A stretch of DNA of 64,000 nucleotides from Candidatus Poribacteria bacterium (GTDB lineage Bacteria > Poribacteria > WGA-4E > PCPOR2b), in the NCBI GenBank assembly GCA_965208675.1, contig OZ242351.1:977130-1041129 (forward strand). Reading direction: 5' to 3'. Position 1 is the first letter of the stretch, and every line of letters starts with the position of its first letter. Made by a program: the position numbers and the translations under genes. The notes below the pieces were generated by a model that was given only the letters and a program-made list of their open reading frames with translations, was not told the origin of the DNA and made no database searches. Below, piece after piece: positions 19,221 to 28,574 of the stretch.

Positions 19221-20321
19221 TTAGATTCCACGGTTGGCGTTTAGGAGTTTTGTATGGATGGGCTTCCAGTCACTGCGTCGATTACCGATGAGGATTAATC
19301 TATCTGTCGGTTGGATTTCAAATTCGGGAGGCGGGTTGATCCAGTGCTGGCTGCTTCGGATTATCCCAACTAAAATGACCTGCGCGCCCAATTCCATGAG
19401 AAGAGACTGTAGTTCGAGAAAGCGTAATCCAGGAATCTCGACAGGTTCAGTATACAACTCACTTCCTTCAGCCTGAGTCAGCAGTTCTGCAATGGCGTGA
19501 GAAAGCCCATGATCCCGGACCTCTTGTGCTAATACTTTGGCTGCGATGTTACGTGTGGGAATGACCGCATCACAGTTGAACGCTCGGAAGAGTGCTAGAT
19601 GTCCAATGCTGCCGCACTCAACAATGGTTCTGACTTTGGGGTTGAGGGTTTCAATGAGGGAAACAATTGAGGACGTGATGGCGTCTGCCGCATGTTCGTC
19701 GTTTCCCGGTGTAAGAATTAACGACGCATAAGCTCGCGCAACATTCGCTCTAGTCAGCGATTCGTCTTGCAACGGAGATCCACGGACAAAATAGACATTC
19801 GGGTTGTTGAAAGGGATTTCCTCGATGTTATCCGTCAGGATTACAACAGATCTATCGGACGTTACCGAATCGGATGCAAGCTGGTCTATGATTGCGGTAA
19901 CCTTCAATTCGGAGGGAAAATTCACAATGACGATATGGTCATCGACTAAATCCCGGCAATCAATGTGTCCGAATCGCCGGTTATTCTGTCCTTCGACGGC
20001 AAGGTCCACAATCTGAGTAATGACATAAGGGAATGATGCTAACCCAACAAGATATATTAGGATAATTGTAGTAATCCTCCCCCCTACAGTTGCCGCAGAG
20101 TAATCCCCGTACCCAACTGTTGTTATTGTTGTAAAAGTCGCCCAGACCGAATCCCATAGCGATAGCTGACCACTCTCTTTACGCTCAAATAAATAAAATA
20201 TCATAGAGTGTAGAATAATACAGAGCATAACTATACCGAGAACCGCTGCAATGCGTCGAATATGACGATTGAAATACGCACGGCGCAGGCGGCGGTATAA
20301 TCGAAGGCTAATTGAAAACAT
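19221..20321 (-). CDS. potassium channel (2TM pore with TVGYGD filter) with C-terminal RCK/TrkA-like regulatory domain
   Basis: 'TTITTVGYGDYS' selectivity filter, two TM helices, and a cytoplasmic Rossmann-like 'IVIVNFPSELKV' domain. Confidence 0.8.
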   Translation of the reverse strand: MFSISLRLYRRLRRAYFNRHIRRIAAVLGIVMLCIILHSMIFYLFERKESGQLSLWDSVWATFTTITTVGYGDYSAATVGGRITTIILIYLVGLASFPYVITQIVDLAVEGQNNRRFGHIDCRDLVDDHIVIVNFPSELKVTAIIDQLASDSVTSDRSVVILTDNIEEIPFNNPNVYFVRGSPLQDESLTRANVARAYASLILTPGNDEHAADAITSSIVSLIETLNPKVRTIVECGSIGHLALFRAFNCDAVIPTRNIAAKVLAQEVRDHGLSHAIAELLTQAEGSELYTEPVEIPGLRFLELQSLLMELGAQVILVGIIRSSQHWINPPPEFEIQPTDRLILIGNRRSDWKPIHTKLLNANRGI

Positions 20322-20540
20322 TGTTTCTCCTTTACACAGGAAATCAATTATTGGGTTATTCTACCATATAAGGAATCCCTATCATAACAAAAAATTGCGC
20401 CCATTGAATTTCCAGATTTCCCATGCGAGCTAGGCGACCACCATGAGCAATACGCCCCTCGCAATTTCCCTTTATATTTGAAATTAACTATAGTAAAATA
20501 TACACTGCGATCGTAGAGTAATTGCAGGAATAAAGGACAT

Positions 20541-22232
20541 GTGATGCCAAAAATGACCGGTTCCAAATTTATCGCCGAAACATTGAAGGGGTACGGCGTT
20601 ACGACGATCTTCTTCGTGCCGGCGATTTTGAGAGGCGTCCTTGTTGAAGCCGAGAAGTTAGGTATAAAGCGAGTGCTCTGCCATTCCGAGAAAGCTGCGG
20701 CATACATGGCGGACGGCTACGCTCGTGCATCGTATGGACCGGGGGTCGCCATGGCGCAGTCCGTAGGTGCGGCTAATCTTGCCGCCGGGCTGCAGGATGC
20801 CTACCTCGCGTTGTCACCGGTGCTTGCCATTACCGGTCGGTTGCCGCCGTACTACCGGTACCGCCGCGCATACCAGGAAATCGACCATTGGCCGCTCTAT
20901 GAACCAGTAACCAAGTATAACGCTTTCGTTGATGCGGTTGACCAGTTGCCTGTCATGTTGCGTCAGGCATTTCGAGAGGCGAATTCCGGCGCGCCAGGTC
21001 CGGTTCACTTGGAATTGTTGGGATTTCAGGGCGAAACGGTTGCGGACGCTGAAGCCGACTTAGAAGTGATAATTGAGGAAGCCTTCACGCATTGTCCGCC
21101 GTTTCGCACTGAACCTGAACCGGAATTGGTGAAACAGGCGTCCGCGCTTCTCGCGCAGGCTGAACGGCCGGTCATCGTTGCCGGCGGGGGCGTTGCTGCG
21201 TCCCATGCGGGTTCAGAGATTGTCAAATTGGCAGAGATGCGTTCTATACCCGTGGCAACGTCTCTGAACGGCAAGGGGAGTATCCCGGAAAACCACCCTT
21301 TATCTGTAGGAGTCGTCGGTTCTTACTCGCGTTGGTGCGCCAACCAGATAGTCTCAGAAGCCGATCTAGTCCTTTTTGTAGGAAGCCACACGGGTGGACA
21401 GGTTTCCCATTTCTGGCAGGTACCAAAACGCGGTACCGCGGCTATTCAGATTGACATAAACCCGTCAGCCATCGGGCGAAATTATCCGACGCAAGTGGCT
21501 ATGCTTGGCGACGCCAAGGTGTCCGTACAGCGTCTCATTGAGGCCATTGCCCTAACCCCCGCACCTACCGATGGGCGTAATACTTGGACGGCTCGAGTAA
21601 TCCAATTGGTAGCACAGTGGTGAAAAGAGCTTGAGCCGCTTTTCAACTCCGAATCATCACCCATCCGACCTGAGCGGCTGTGCAAAGAAATATGTGATTT
21701 CCTTCCTTCCGATGCCGTACTAGTATCTGATACGGGGCATGCCGGCATCTGGTCAGGAACAATGATTGACCTTGAAGCACCCGGCCAGCGATATCTACGA
21801 TGCGCCGGCTCCCTAGGTTGGGGTTTTCCGGCGGCTTTGGGTGCGAAATGCGCTGTCCCCGAGAGGCCTGTGATCTGCTTTACTGGTGATGGGGGTTTCT
21901 GGTACCATCTCAGCGAGTTAGAAACTGCGCTTCGCTGCGGAATTAACACGGTGACCGTGATTAACAACAACCATTCGCTGAATCAGGACAAAGCGGGTGT
22001 AGACCGTGCATACGGCGATGCGCCCACCGGCAACCGCGAGGAGCTTTGGGTGTTTGAAAACGCGGATTTCTCGAAAATTGCGCAGTCCATGGGCGGTTTC
22101 GGGATTCGAGTGGAGCGTCCTGGAGATATCCAGTCCGCTTTGGAACAGGCATTGGCTTCAGGCAAACCATCGGTGGTGGATATATCAAGCGACATCAATG
22201 CCTTCGCACCATTGCCCTACGTTCCAGATTAA
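20541..22232 (+). pseudogene. thiamine-pyrophosphate enzyme (acetolactate synthase / sulfoacetaldehyde acetyltransferase-like) interrupted by one in-frame TGA at 21621-21623
   Basis: ORFs 20541..21623 and 21762..22232 are in the same frame, separated by the single stop at 21621-21623. The frame between the stop and 21762 encodes the expected TPP-binding 'VSDTGHAGIWSG...GSLGWGFPAALGA...FTGDGGFWY' region. Confidence 0.55.
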
Positions 22233-22336
22233 TTATCCCCGCGGACCTGGCCATAAATCTCGATTATTCGTCTGTTTTTTTTGACGCGAAGAGATGAGTT
22301 CGTTACAGATTACCTCATCGTTTACCGGGTCTGAAA

Positions 22337-23602
22337 ATGTACAAAACTGAAATTCTATCGCGAATACCCTCCCAAATCCTAACCGTGCTGCAGGAGATTG
22401 GGCAACTCGCCGGGGAAACCGGCCTGTCTGCTTACGCCGTTGGCGGCATGGTCCGAGATTTCCTGCTTAATCGTGAGAATTCGGATTTTGATGTCGCCGT
22501 GGAAGGAGATGCCATCGGCTTAGCCCAATGTCTATTTGAAAGATGGGAGGGCAAAATCCACGTGCACAGCGAATTCGGCACCGGAACGTTGACCCGCAGC
22601 GATGGGCTCAAAATTGATTTTGTCAGCGCACGACGCGAAACTTATCCGCGCCCGGGTGCGTTACCTTTGATTAGATTCGGTACGATATTGGACGACCTCC
22701 GCCGCCGCGATTTTTCGATTAATACGCTCGCTGTTTCACTCAATCCTGCCACCTTTGGAGAACTTGTAGACGGAACAAACGGCTTGAGAGACTTGCAAAC
22801 CGGACAAATTCGCGCGCTGCACGATAGGAGTTTTATAGACGATCCAACCCGCATATTTCGGGCGATTCGGTACGAAGGACGTTATGGTTTCCAAATCGTG
22901 GATAGCGATCAAAAACATATGCGCGATGCGATAGACAAAGGAGTTTTGGATTTAATCAGCGGCCAACGCATTCGAAACGAAATCAGCCGCATCTTGCCGG
23001 AAGCATCCGCGCCACAAATGATTCGCCGAATGCAAGATTTTGATATCTTTCATGAAATTCACAGAGGGTGGGAACCTACGCAAGACTTCGACACACTCTA
23101 CCACACTGCCTTTCAAGCCGTTGATTGGGCTGATAGGCATCTCGTAAATGATTCAGTTGATAAGGTGTCGCTGTTCTGGATGGCGTTGCTGCGTGACATA
23201 TCTGTCATTGAATCAGTAAAAGACCGATTATCGTTGGAAAATCAATTGGGTAAAATTCTAATTGCAAAGGCGCGGCTGGAAAATGTGCTAGCTACGTTAC
23301 CGGAGAATTCTAAGCGGAGCGAAGTTTATAAATTATTGAAATCGTTCCCGATAGAAGCATTGGCTTTTTCTATTGCGGAACCCAATCGACCTCAATGGTG
23401 TAAGGAAAAGATTAAAGAATATTTGACAGATTTGAGGTTGACTCGTCCATTGATTAACGGATCGGATCTTATTCGATTAAATTTGAAACCGGGGCCAAAA
23501 TTTGCGGAGATGCTTTGGAATACGTTTGCAGCGCAATTAGATGGACAGATACATAGTAAACAGGAGGCTTTCCAATTTTTAGGAAGATTCAATGAGAATT
23601 GA
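22337..23602 (+). CDS. tRNA nucleotidyltransferase (CCA-adding enzyme) / poly(A) polymerase family
   Basis: Pol-beta head domain 'AVGGMVRDFLLNRENSDFDVAVEGDA' and 'RRDFSINTLA'. Confidence 0.75.
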   Translation: MYKTEILSRIPSQILTVLQEIGQLAGETGLSAYAVGGMVRDFLLNRENSDFDVAVEGDAIGLAQCLFERWEGKIHVHSEFGTGTLTRSDGLKIDFVSARRETYPRPGALPLIRFGTILDDLRRRDFSINTLAVSLNPATFGELVDGTNGLRDLQTGQIRALHDRSFIDDPTRIFRAIRYEGRYGFQIVDSDQKHMRDAIDKGVLDLISGQRIRNEISRILPEASAPQMIRRMQDFDIFHEIHRGWEPTQDFDTLYHTAFQAVDWADRHLVNDSVDKVSLFWMALLRDISVIESVKDRLSLENQLGKILIAKARLENVLATLPENSKRSEVYKLLKSFPIEALAFSIAEPNRPQWCKEKIKEYLTDLRLTRPLINGSDLIRLNLKPGPKFAEMLWNTFAAQLDGQIHSKQEAFQFLGRFNEN

Positions 23603-24269
23603 TCCGGCTGAAGCAATCTTACGAGTAGTGCAATTTATTATTTTGCTCACTTTTCACGAATGGGGCCATGCGAAATCCGCGAACATGCTAGGCGATCCCA
23701 CCGCGGAGGATGAGGGCCGAATGACATTCAATCCTGCGGCGCACATTGACATTATTGGGACCGTGATGCTGCCGCTGATTGGCACGCTCTTTGGTGGATT
23801 GTATTTTGGTTGGGCGAAACCCGTGCCCGTTAATCCTTACAATCTGAGAAATCCCAAACGTGATTTGATGATAATTGCCGCCGCGGGACCGATTATGAAC
23901 ATTCTCTGCACAATCGTAATTTTAGGATGCCTATCACTTCTGTCCATAGCGATTGGCTTCCCTGATAACAGTTCGGCAATACAATCTCTAATCTATGAAC
24001 AGCTGGAAATTTCGGCAGTTATTAGTGTATTTTTGGCTGTATTCAATATGCTCCCGATTTTCCCGCTTGATGGATACAGCGTATTATATGGTCTATTGCC
24101 ATGGAAGCAGGCCCGATCGTTTGAAAGGTCCCGCCCTTATGGCATGATGATATTAATGGGAATCATCTTTATCCCCAGCCTATTGAGAATACCAAATCCG
24201 GTCTTTGAACTTATGAGGTTTGTTACTGCAAGCATCTTGTACCTAGTTCAAATTCTTGTCAGATTGTAA
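23592..24269 (+). CDS. M50-family (site-2 protease-like) zinc metalloprotease
   Basis: HExxH 'FHEWGHA' inside a TM helix; polytopic; 225 aa. Confidence 0.7.
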   Translation: MRIDPAEAILRVVQFIILLTFHEWGHAKSANMLGDPTAEDEGRMTFNPAAHIDIIGTVMLPLIGTLFGGLYFGWAKPVPVNPYNLRNPKRDLMIIAAAGPIMNILCTIVILGCLSLLSIAIGFPDNSSAIQSLIYEQLEISAVISVFLAVFNMLPIFPLDGYSVLYGLLPWKQARSFERSRPYGMMILMGIIFIPSLLRIPNPVFELMRFVTASILYLVQILVRL

Positions 24270-25273
24270 TGAGTCCGGAGGAAGCTACAAACATGCAAAA
24301 AACAAGACTAGTGAGTGGTGTCCGTCCAACCGGACTTCTGCATCTAGGGCATCTAGAAGGGATGTTGAAGAACACTGCAAGCCTGCAAGACAAATACGAG
24401 TGTTTTCCCTTTATCGCCGATTGGCATTCACTTACCGATGTGACCGACACATCAAACCTTCCCCACTATAAACTGCAGGCAGCAATTGATTGGTTGAGTG
24501 CGGGAATCGCCCCGGAAAAAAGCACGCTCTTCATTCAGTCCCACGTTGCGGCACATGCAGAATTATCGACGCTCCTCACCATGGTTACACCGGTGTCTTG
24601 GCTTGAGCGTTGCCCAACGTATAAAGACAAAATTCAAGACATCAATCAGCGCGAGGGACCTTCAACCGGATTACTAGAATATCCAGTATTGATGACATCG
24701 GATGTCATCGTTTACAAAGCCGCCGTGGTGCCTGTTGGCGCGGATAATGTGGCTCACCTCGAAATCTCACGTGAAATCGTTCGCAGATTTAATCACGTCT
24801 ACGGCGATGTTTTCCCCGAGCCGCAGCCGCTGTTGACGAAAACCGCGGAGTTGCCTGGGCTTGACGGCCGCAAGATGAGCAAGAGCTACGGTAATACCAT
24901 TCAGCTATCCGATCCACCTGAGACCACAACGAAAAATCTTATGAAAATGGTAACAGATCCTGGCCGAGTACGCCGCAATGACCCCGGCAATCCAGAGGTA
25001 TGCCCCGTATTTGCGTATCATAAAGTTTACAATCCCGATGAGGTTCCACAAATTGACCGGGATTGCCGTTCCGCTGCGATAGGATGTGTCGATTGTAAAC
25101 GTAATCTTAGCGATAATTTGATTGCTGAACTGACTCCATTCTATGAAAAACGAGCTGAATGGGCGTCAAAACCGGAAGTGGTTCGAGAAGTTCTCGGTGA
25201 TGGCGCAAATCGGGCACGCGGCGTTGCCCAAGAAACTATGGCAGAAGTCAGAGAGGCAATGAATCTAGTCTGA
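24269..25273 (+). CDS. trpS: tryptophanyl-tRNA synthetase
   Basis: Class-I 'HLGH' and exact 'KMSKS'. TrpRS-type 'AHLEISREIVRRFNHVYG'. 334 aa. Also carries a C-x20-C-x6-C-x2-C cysteine motif. Confidence 0.85.
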   Translation: MSPEEATNMQKTRLVSGVRPTGLLHLGHLEGMLKNTASLQDKYECFPFIADWHSLTDVTDTSNLPHYKLQAAIDWLSAGIAPEKSTLFIQSHVAAHAELSTLLTMVTPVSWLERCPTYKDKIQDINQREGPSTGLLEYPVLMTSDVIVYKAAVVPVGADNVAHLEISREIVRRFNHVYGDVFPEPQPLLTKTAELPGLDGRKMSKSYGNTIQLSDPPETTTKNLMKMVTDPGRVRRNDPGNPEVCPVFAYHKVYNPDEVPQIDRDCRSAAIGCVDCKRNLSDNLIAELTPFYEKRAEWASKPEVVREVLGDGANRARGVAQETMAEVREAMNLV

Positions 25274-25311
25274 CCGCCTTTAACAGAAATTGTTAACGCT
25301 AATGAGACCGC

Positions 25312-26070
25312 ATGGAAAACAGTGTTGAGTTTAATGACTCTCAGGTAAAGCCCGTATATGCCATCAAACTAGATTTCTTTGAGGGCCCTTTAGATTTACT
25401 GCTCCATCTCATTCAGAAAAATGAGATGGAGATTACGGATATCCCAATCGCCGAAATCACCGAGCAGTACCTAGAGTATCTCAACTTTATGGAACTGCTG
25501 GATCTTGATGTCGCGTCAGATTTTTTGGTGATGGCTGCGACTTTGCTTTATCTGAAATCTCAAAGCATTCTTCCATCTCTACAGGTGGACGATCAAAAAC
25601 CGTTTAAGGATAGGGAAGATCTTGTCAGACAACTGTTAGCGTATAAACAGTTCAAGGAAGCGGCTCAGGCATTAGATTATCATGCAGCTAAGCGGGAAAA
25701 AACCTATGGCAGGAGCGTCCATCCGGTTACCGATACGTCCGACTCGCGTGAGATTCAGATTAAGGCGACACTGTTCGATCTCCTGTCTGCCTTCAAGCAG
25801 GTGATTGAAAGATCGGAGTTTACAGCGGACGACGATCATTACGAAGAAATTCAGGAAGAGCCGATTACCGTCGAGGAAAAGATGGAAATTGTGCAGCGTA
25901 GACTCAGTGAAGAACCGATGAACTTCAATGAGCTGTTCTCAGAATTCGCGAGCAAGATTGAACAGATTGTGACGTTTTTGGCAATTCTGGAATTGATTCG
26001 CCTTCAGCGAATCTCCGCGGTACAATCCGGACACCTTGAAGACATCTATATTGTGAGACTTGACACGTAA
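25312..26070 (+). CDS. scpA: segregation and condensation protein A
   Basis: 'FEGPLDLLLHLIQKNEMEITDIPIAEITEQYLEYL' is a canonical ScpA N-terminus. Confidence 0.85.
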   Translation: MENSVEFNDSQVKPVYAIKLDFFEGPLDLLLHLIQKNEMEITDIPIAEITEQYLEYLNFMELLDLDVASDFLVMAATLLYLKSQSILPSLQVDDQKPFKDREDLVRQLLAYKQFKEAAQALDYHAAKREKTYGRSVHPVTDTSDSREIQIKATLFDLLSAFKQVIERSEFTADDDHYEEIQEEPITVEEKMEIVQRRLSEEPMNFNELFSEFASKIEQIVTFLAILELIRLQRISAVQSGHLEDIYIVRLDT

Positions 26071-26121
26071 TAAAAAAACGCCAAAGTTCATCACCTACAC
26101 CAACGGAACTAATAGAAAACC

Positions 26122-26709
26122 GTGGCTGAAGAACACTCCCTTGACATTCAGGATTCCGAGTTTAGCCCAGACGATATAAAATCCATTCTCGAAGCGGTGC
26201 TGTTCGCCGTCAGCGAACCAATTTCGCTTAAGCAGTTTAGCCTGATGCTGAATGGGATTTGCACGAGGCAGATTCACCAGGTACTCAAGCAGCTGCGAGA
26301 TGAGTACCGAAATACAAACCGTAGTTTTGATCTCATCGAAATCGCCAACGGGTTTCAAATCTGTACACACCCCAAATATCACACTTGGATTGAAAAATTT
26401 TACACCCGCCAAGTGCGCGTCAAACTCTCACCCGCTGCACTTGAAACTCTCACCATTGTCGCCTATAATCAGCCTGTTACGAGAAGCGAGATGGAAGAAA
26501 TCCGCGGCGTTAATAGCGACAGCGTTCTCAACTCATTAATCGAAAAAGGACTGGTTCGCATCGCGGGAAGGAATCCCGGTCCGGGGCGTTCACTTTTGTT
26601 CGCAACGACCGACGAATTTTTGCAACTTTTCGGATTTAAAGATCTTGCCGAATTGCCCTCAATGGAAGAAATTGAACAGATTTTAAATGAAACGCAAACG
26701 GAATCATAA
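26122..26709 (+). CDS. scpB: segregation and condensation protein B
   Basis: 'ILEAVLFAVSEPISLKQF' winged-helix N-terminus; directly follows scpA. Confidence 0.85.
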   Translation: MAEEHSLDIQDSEFSPDDIKSILEAVLFAVSEPISLKQFSLMLNGICTRQIHQVLKQLRDEYRNTNRSFDLIEIANGFQICTHPKYHTWIEKFYTRQVRVKLSPAALETLTIVAYNQPVTRSEMEEIRGVNSDSVLNSLIEKGLVRIAGRNPGPGRSLLFATTDEFLQLFGFKDLAELPSMEEIEQILNETQTES

Positions 26710-27200
26710 GTAATCCCGTGTTCCATTCCCTTTAAAGTCCCTGCACACCCCTGCACATGGGAAATTTATCACTAGCGGTTGGGCTAAACTGTTACAACAT
26801 ACTAGGCTAGTCCGAGTATTTCTAGGCGCTGCTACTACGCTCATCCTCGAAAACCTAATAATCTATTGAGAAATTCCTGTCGAGGCAAACTTAAATCACA
26901 CACGGGACGCATGTCGGCTGCACGCGTTCCGTGCGCGCCGCCGAGCCGTAAAATGTGTCAAAATAAAGATGCCGCAAGCATCACTTGAATGGATCGGGGT
27001 TACGCTTGGAGGCACCTTCGTAAGAGATTCAACCGCGCTTTCTTATGTTGGCCGCCGCGTCAATTTGGTGATTATCGTTTGACCAACAGTGTGTGGAAAT
27101 TCTATTGACTACGAAACGGGTTGAGGGGTACAATTGTTGTTTAAGGACCTTGAGAGGGTTAACGCTGTTGAACAGTACGCGATTCTGAAGGAGTGCGGCG

Positions 27201-28535
27201 ATGGAGTATCATGCATGGTTTCAATGCAGTCAAGGCTGTGACGAAAAGTATCCTCTCAATGAGGTCATATACCGATGCAAGCAGTGCAATGGTTTGTTGG
27301 AGGTTAGACACGACATAGACCTGTTAAGGCGTCGAAGCGGCGCGGCGTGGAAGAAACTGTTTAATGAGCGGTACATGCGTACGCAATACCCTTATGGCAG
27401 CGGGGTCTGGGGAAAGAAGGAGTTGGTGTGCCCGAATATTGACGATGAAAATATAGTATCCATGTATGAGGGGGGCACCAATCTATTTTGGGCTGAACGG
27501 TTTGGCAAGGAGATAGGTCTTTCCAATCTTTGGATAAAGCAGTGCGGGAATAGTCATACCGGTTCGTTTAAGGACTTAGGGATGACCGTATTGGTGTCCA
27601 TGGTGAAGCAGGTGGTAAAACGCGGCGGCGACATCAGCGTTGTCATGTGCGCTTCTACCGGCGACACTTCCGCCTCACTAGCCGCCTATGCCGCTGCGGC
27701 AGGCATTCCGGCTGTAATCCTTTTACCGCGGGACAAAGTTTCTCACGCGCAGCTCATTCAGCCGATAGCCAATGGCGCAATTACGCTTGCGTTAGAAACC
27801 GATTTTGATGGCTGCATGTCCGTAGTCCAGCAGCTTGCTGAAAGGAAAGATTTCTACCTAGCTAATTCCATCAATTCGCTCCGAATTGAAGGGCAAAAGA
27901 CAATCTCGATTGAGCTAGTTCAGCAGTTTGACTGGGAAGCACCAGATTGGGTCATCATTCCGGGCGGGAATTTGGGTAATGTAACAGCGTTGGGTTTGGG
28001 ATTTTTAATCATGCGAGATTTAGGGATTATCGATCGGCTGCCCCGCATTGCTTGCGCTCAATCTAGCAAAGCGAATCCGTTGTATCAAAGTTTCCTAAAT
28101 GATTTCAAGACGTTTGACCCGGTCACGGCGCAAGCAACGATTGCAACAGCGATTCGAATTGGCCATCCAGTTTCGGTAAAAAAGGCGATAAATGTTTTGA
28201 AAAAATTCGACGGCATTGTGGAGCAAGCCACGGAGGATGAGTTAGCTAATGCCGCGGCGAGTGCAGATCGGACAGGGTTATTCAACTGCCCGCATACAGG
28301 GGTTGCACTCGCGGTGCTACTGAAAATGGTCGAAAGCAGATTAATACAACGCGATGATAGGGTAATCGTTATCTCGACAGCCAACGGACTCAAGTTCCCG
28401 GAGTTTAAGATTGACTACCACCAAAATAAATTGAATGAAGTTCAGCCTCAACATGTTAACTCGCCGATTACACTAGAACCAAGCTATGACACTGTGATGA
28501 AAACGATTTCCCATCACCTGAAAACCTTGAACTGA
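27201..28535 (+). CDS. thrC: threonine synthase-family PLP enzyme with N-terminal Cys4 zinc-ribbon (paralog 1)
   Basis: PLP lysine motif 'HTGSFKDLGMT'. N-terminal 'CSQGC...CKQC'. 444 aa. Confidence 0.75.
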   Translation: MEYHAWFQCSQGCDEKYPLNEVIYRCKQCNGLLEVRHDIDLLRRRSGAAWKKLFNERYMRTQYPYGSGVWGKKELVCPNIDDENIVSMYEGGTNLFWAERFGKEIGLSNLWIKQCGNSHTGSFKDLGMTVLVSMVKQVVKRGGDISVVMCASTGDTSASLAAYAAAAGIPAVILLPRDKVSHAQLIQPIANGAITLALETDFDGCMSVVQQLAERKDFYLANSINSLRIEGQKTISIELVQQFDWEAPDWVIIPGGNLGNVTALGLGFLIMRDLGIIDRLPRIACAQSSKANPLYQSFLNDFKTFDPVTAQATIATAIRIGHPVSVKKAINVLKKFDGIVEQATEDELANAAASADRTGLFNCPHTGVALAVLLKMVESRLIQRDDRVIVISTANGLKFPEFKIDYHQNKLNEVQPQHVNSPITLEPSYDTVMKTISHHLKTLN

Positions 28536-28549
28536 CGGCGCAATCATTC

Positions 28550-28574
28550 AGATGCGCTTTTTCGCGTCGCATCT
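28550..28574. terminator. bidirectional stem-loop terminator between convergent thrC-like and dehydratase genes
   Basis: AGATGCG-11 nt-CGCATCT inverted repeat, flanked by T-runs on + and A-runs on -. Overlaps the stop of the minus-strand gene. Confidence 0.5.

Noticed and set aside
21621-21623. An alternative genetic code (UGA as sense: code 4 or 25) was considered as the explanation for the in-frame TGA.
   Set aside because: TGA terminates several well-conserved genes here (for example LamG paralog 3 at 9477-9479), and every other long gene is intact under the standard code.
21621-21700. Selenocysteine insertion at the TPP-enzyme TGA.
   Set aside because: The position is a non-catalytic inter-domain linker. 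The downstream hairpin is weak and not SECIS-like in spacing. Kept only as a remote alternative in the finding.
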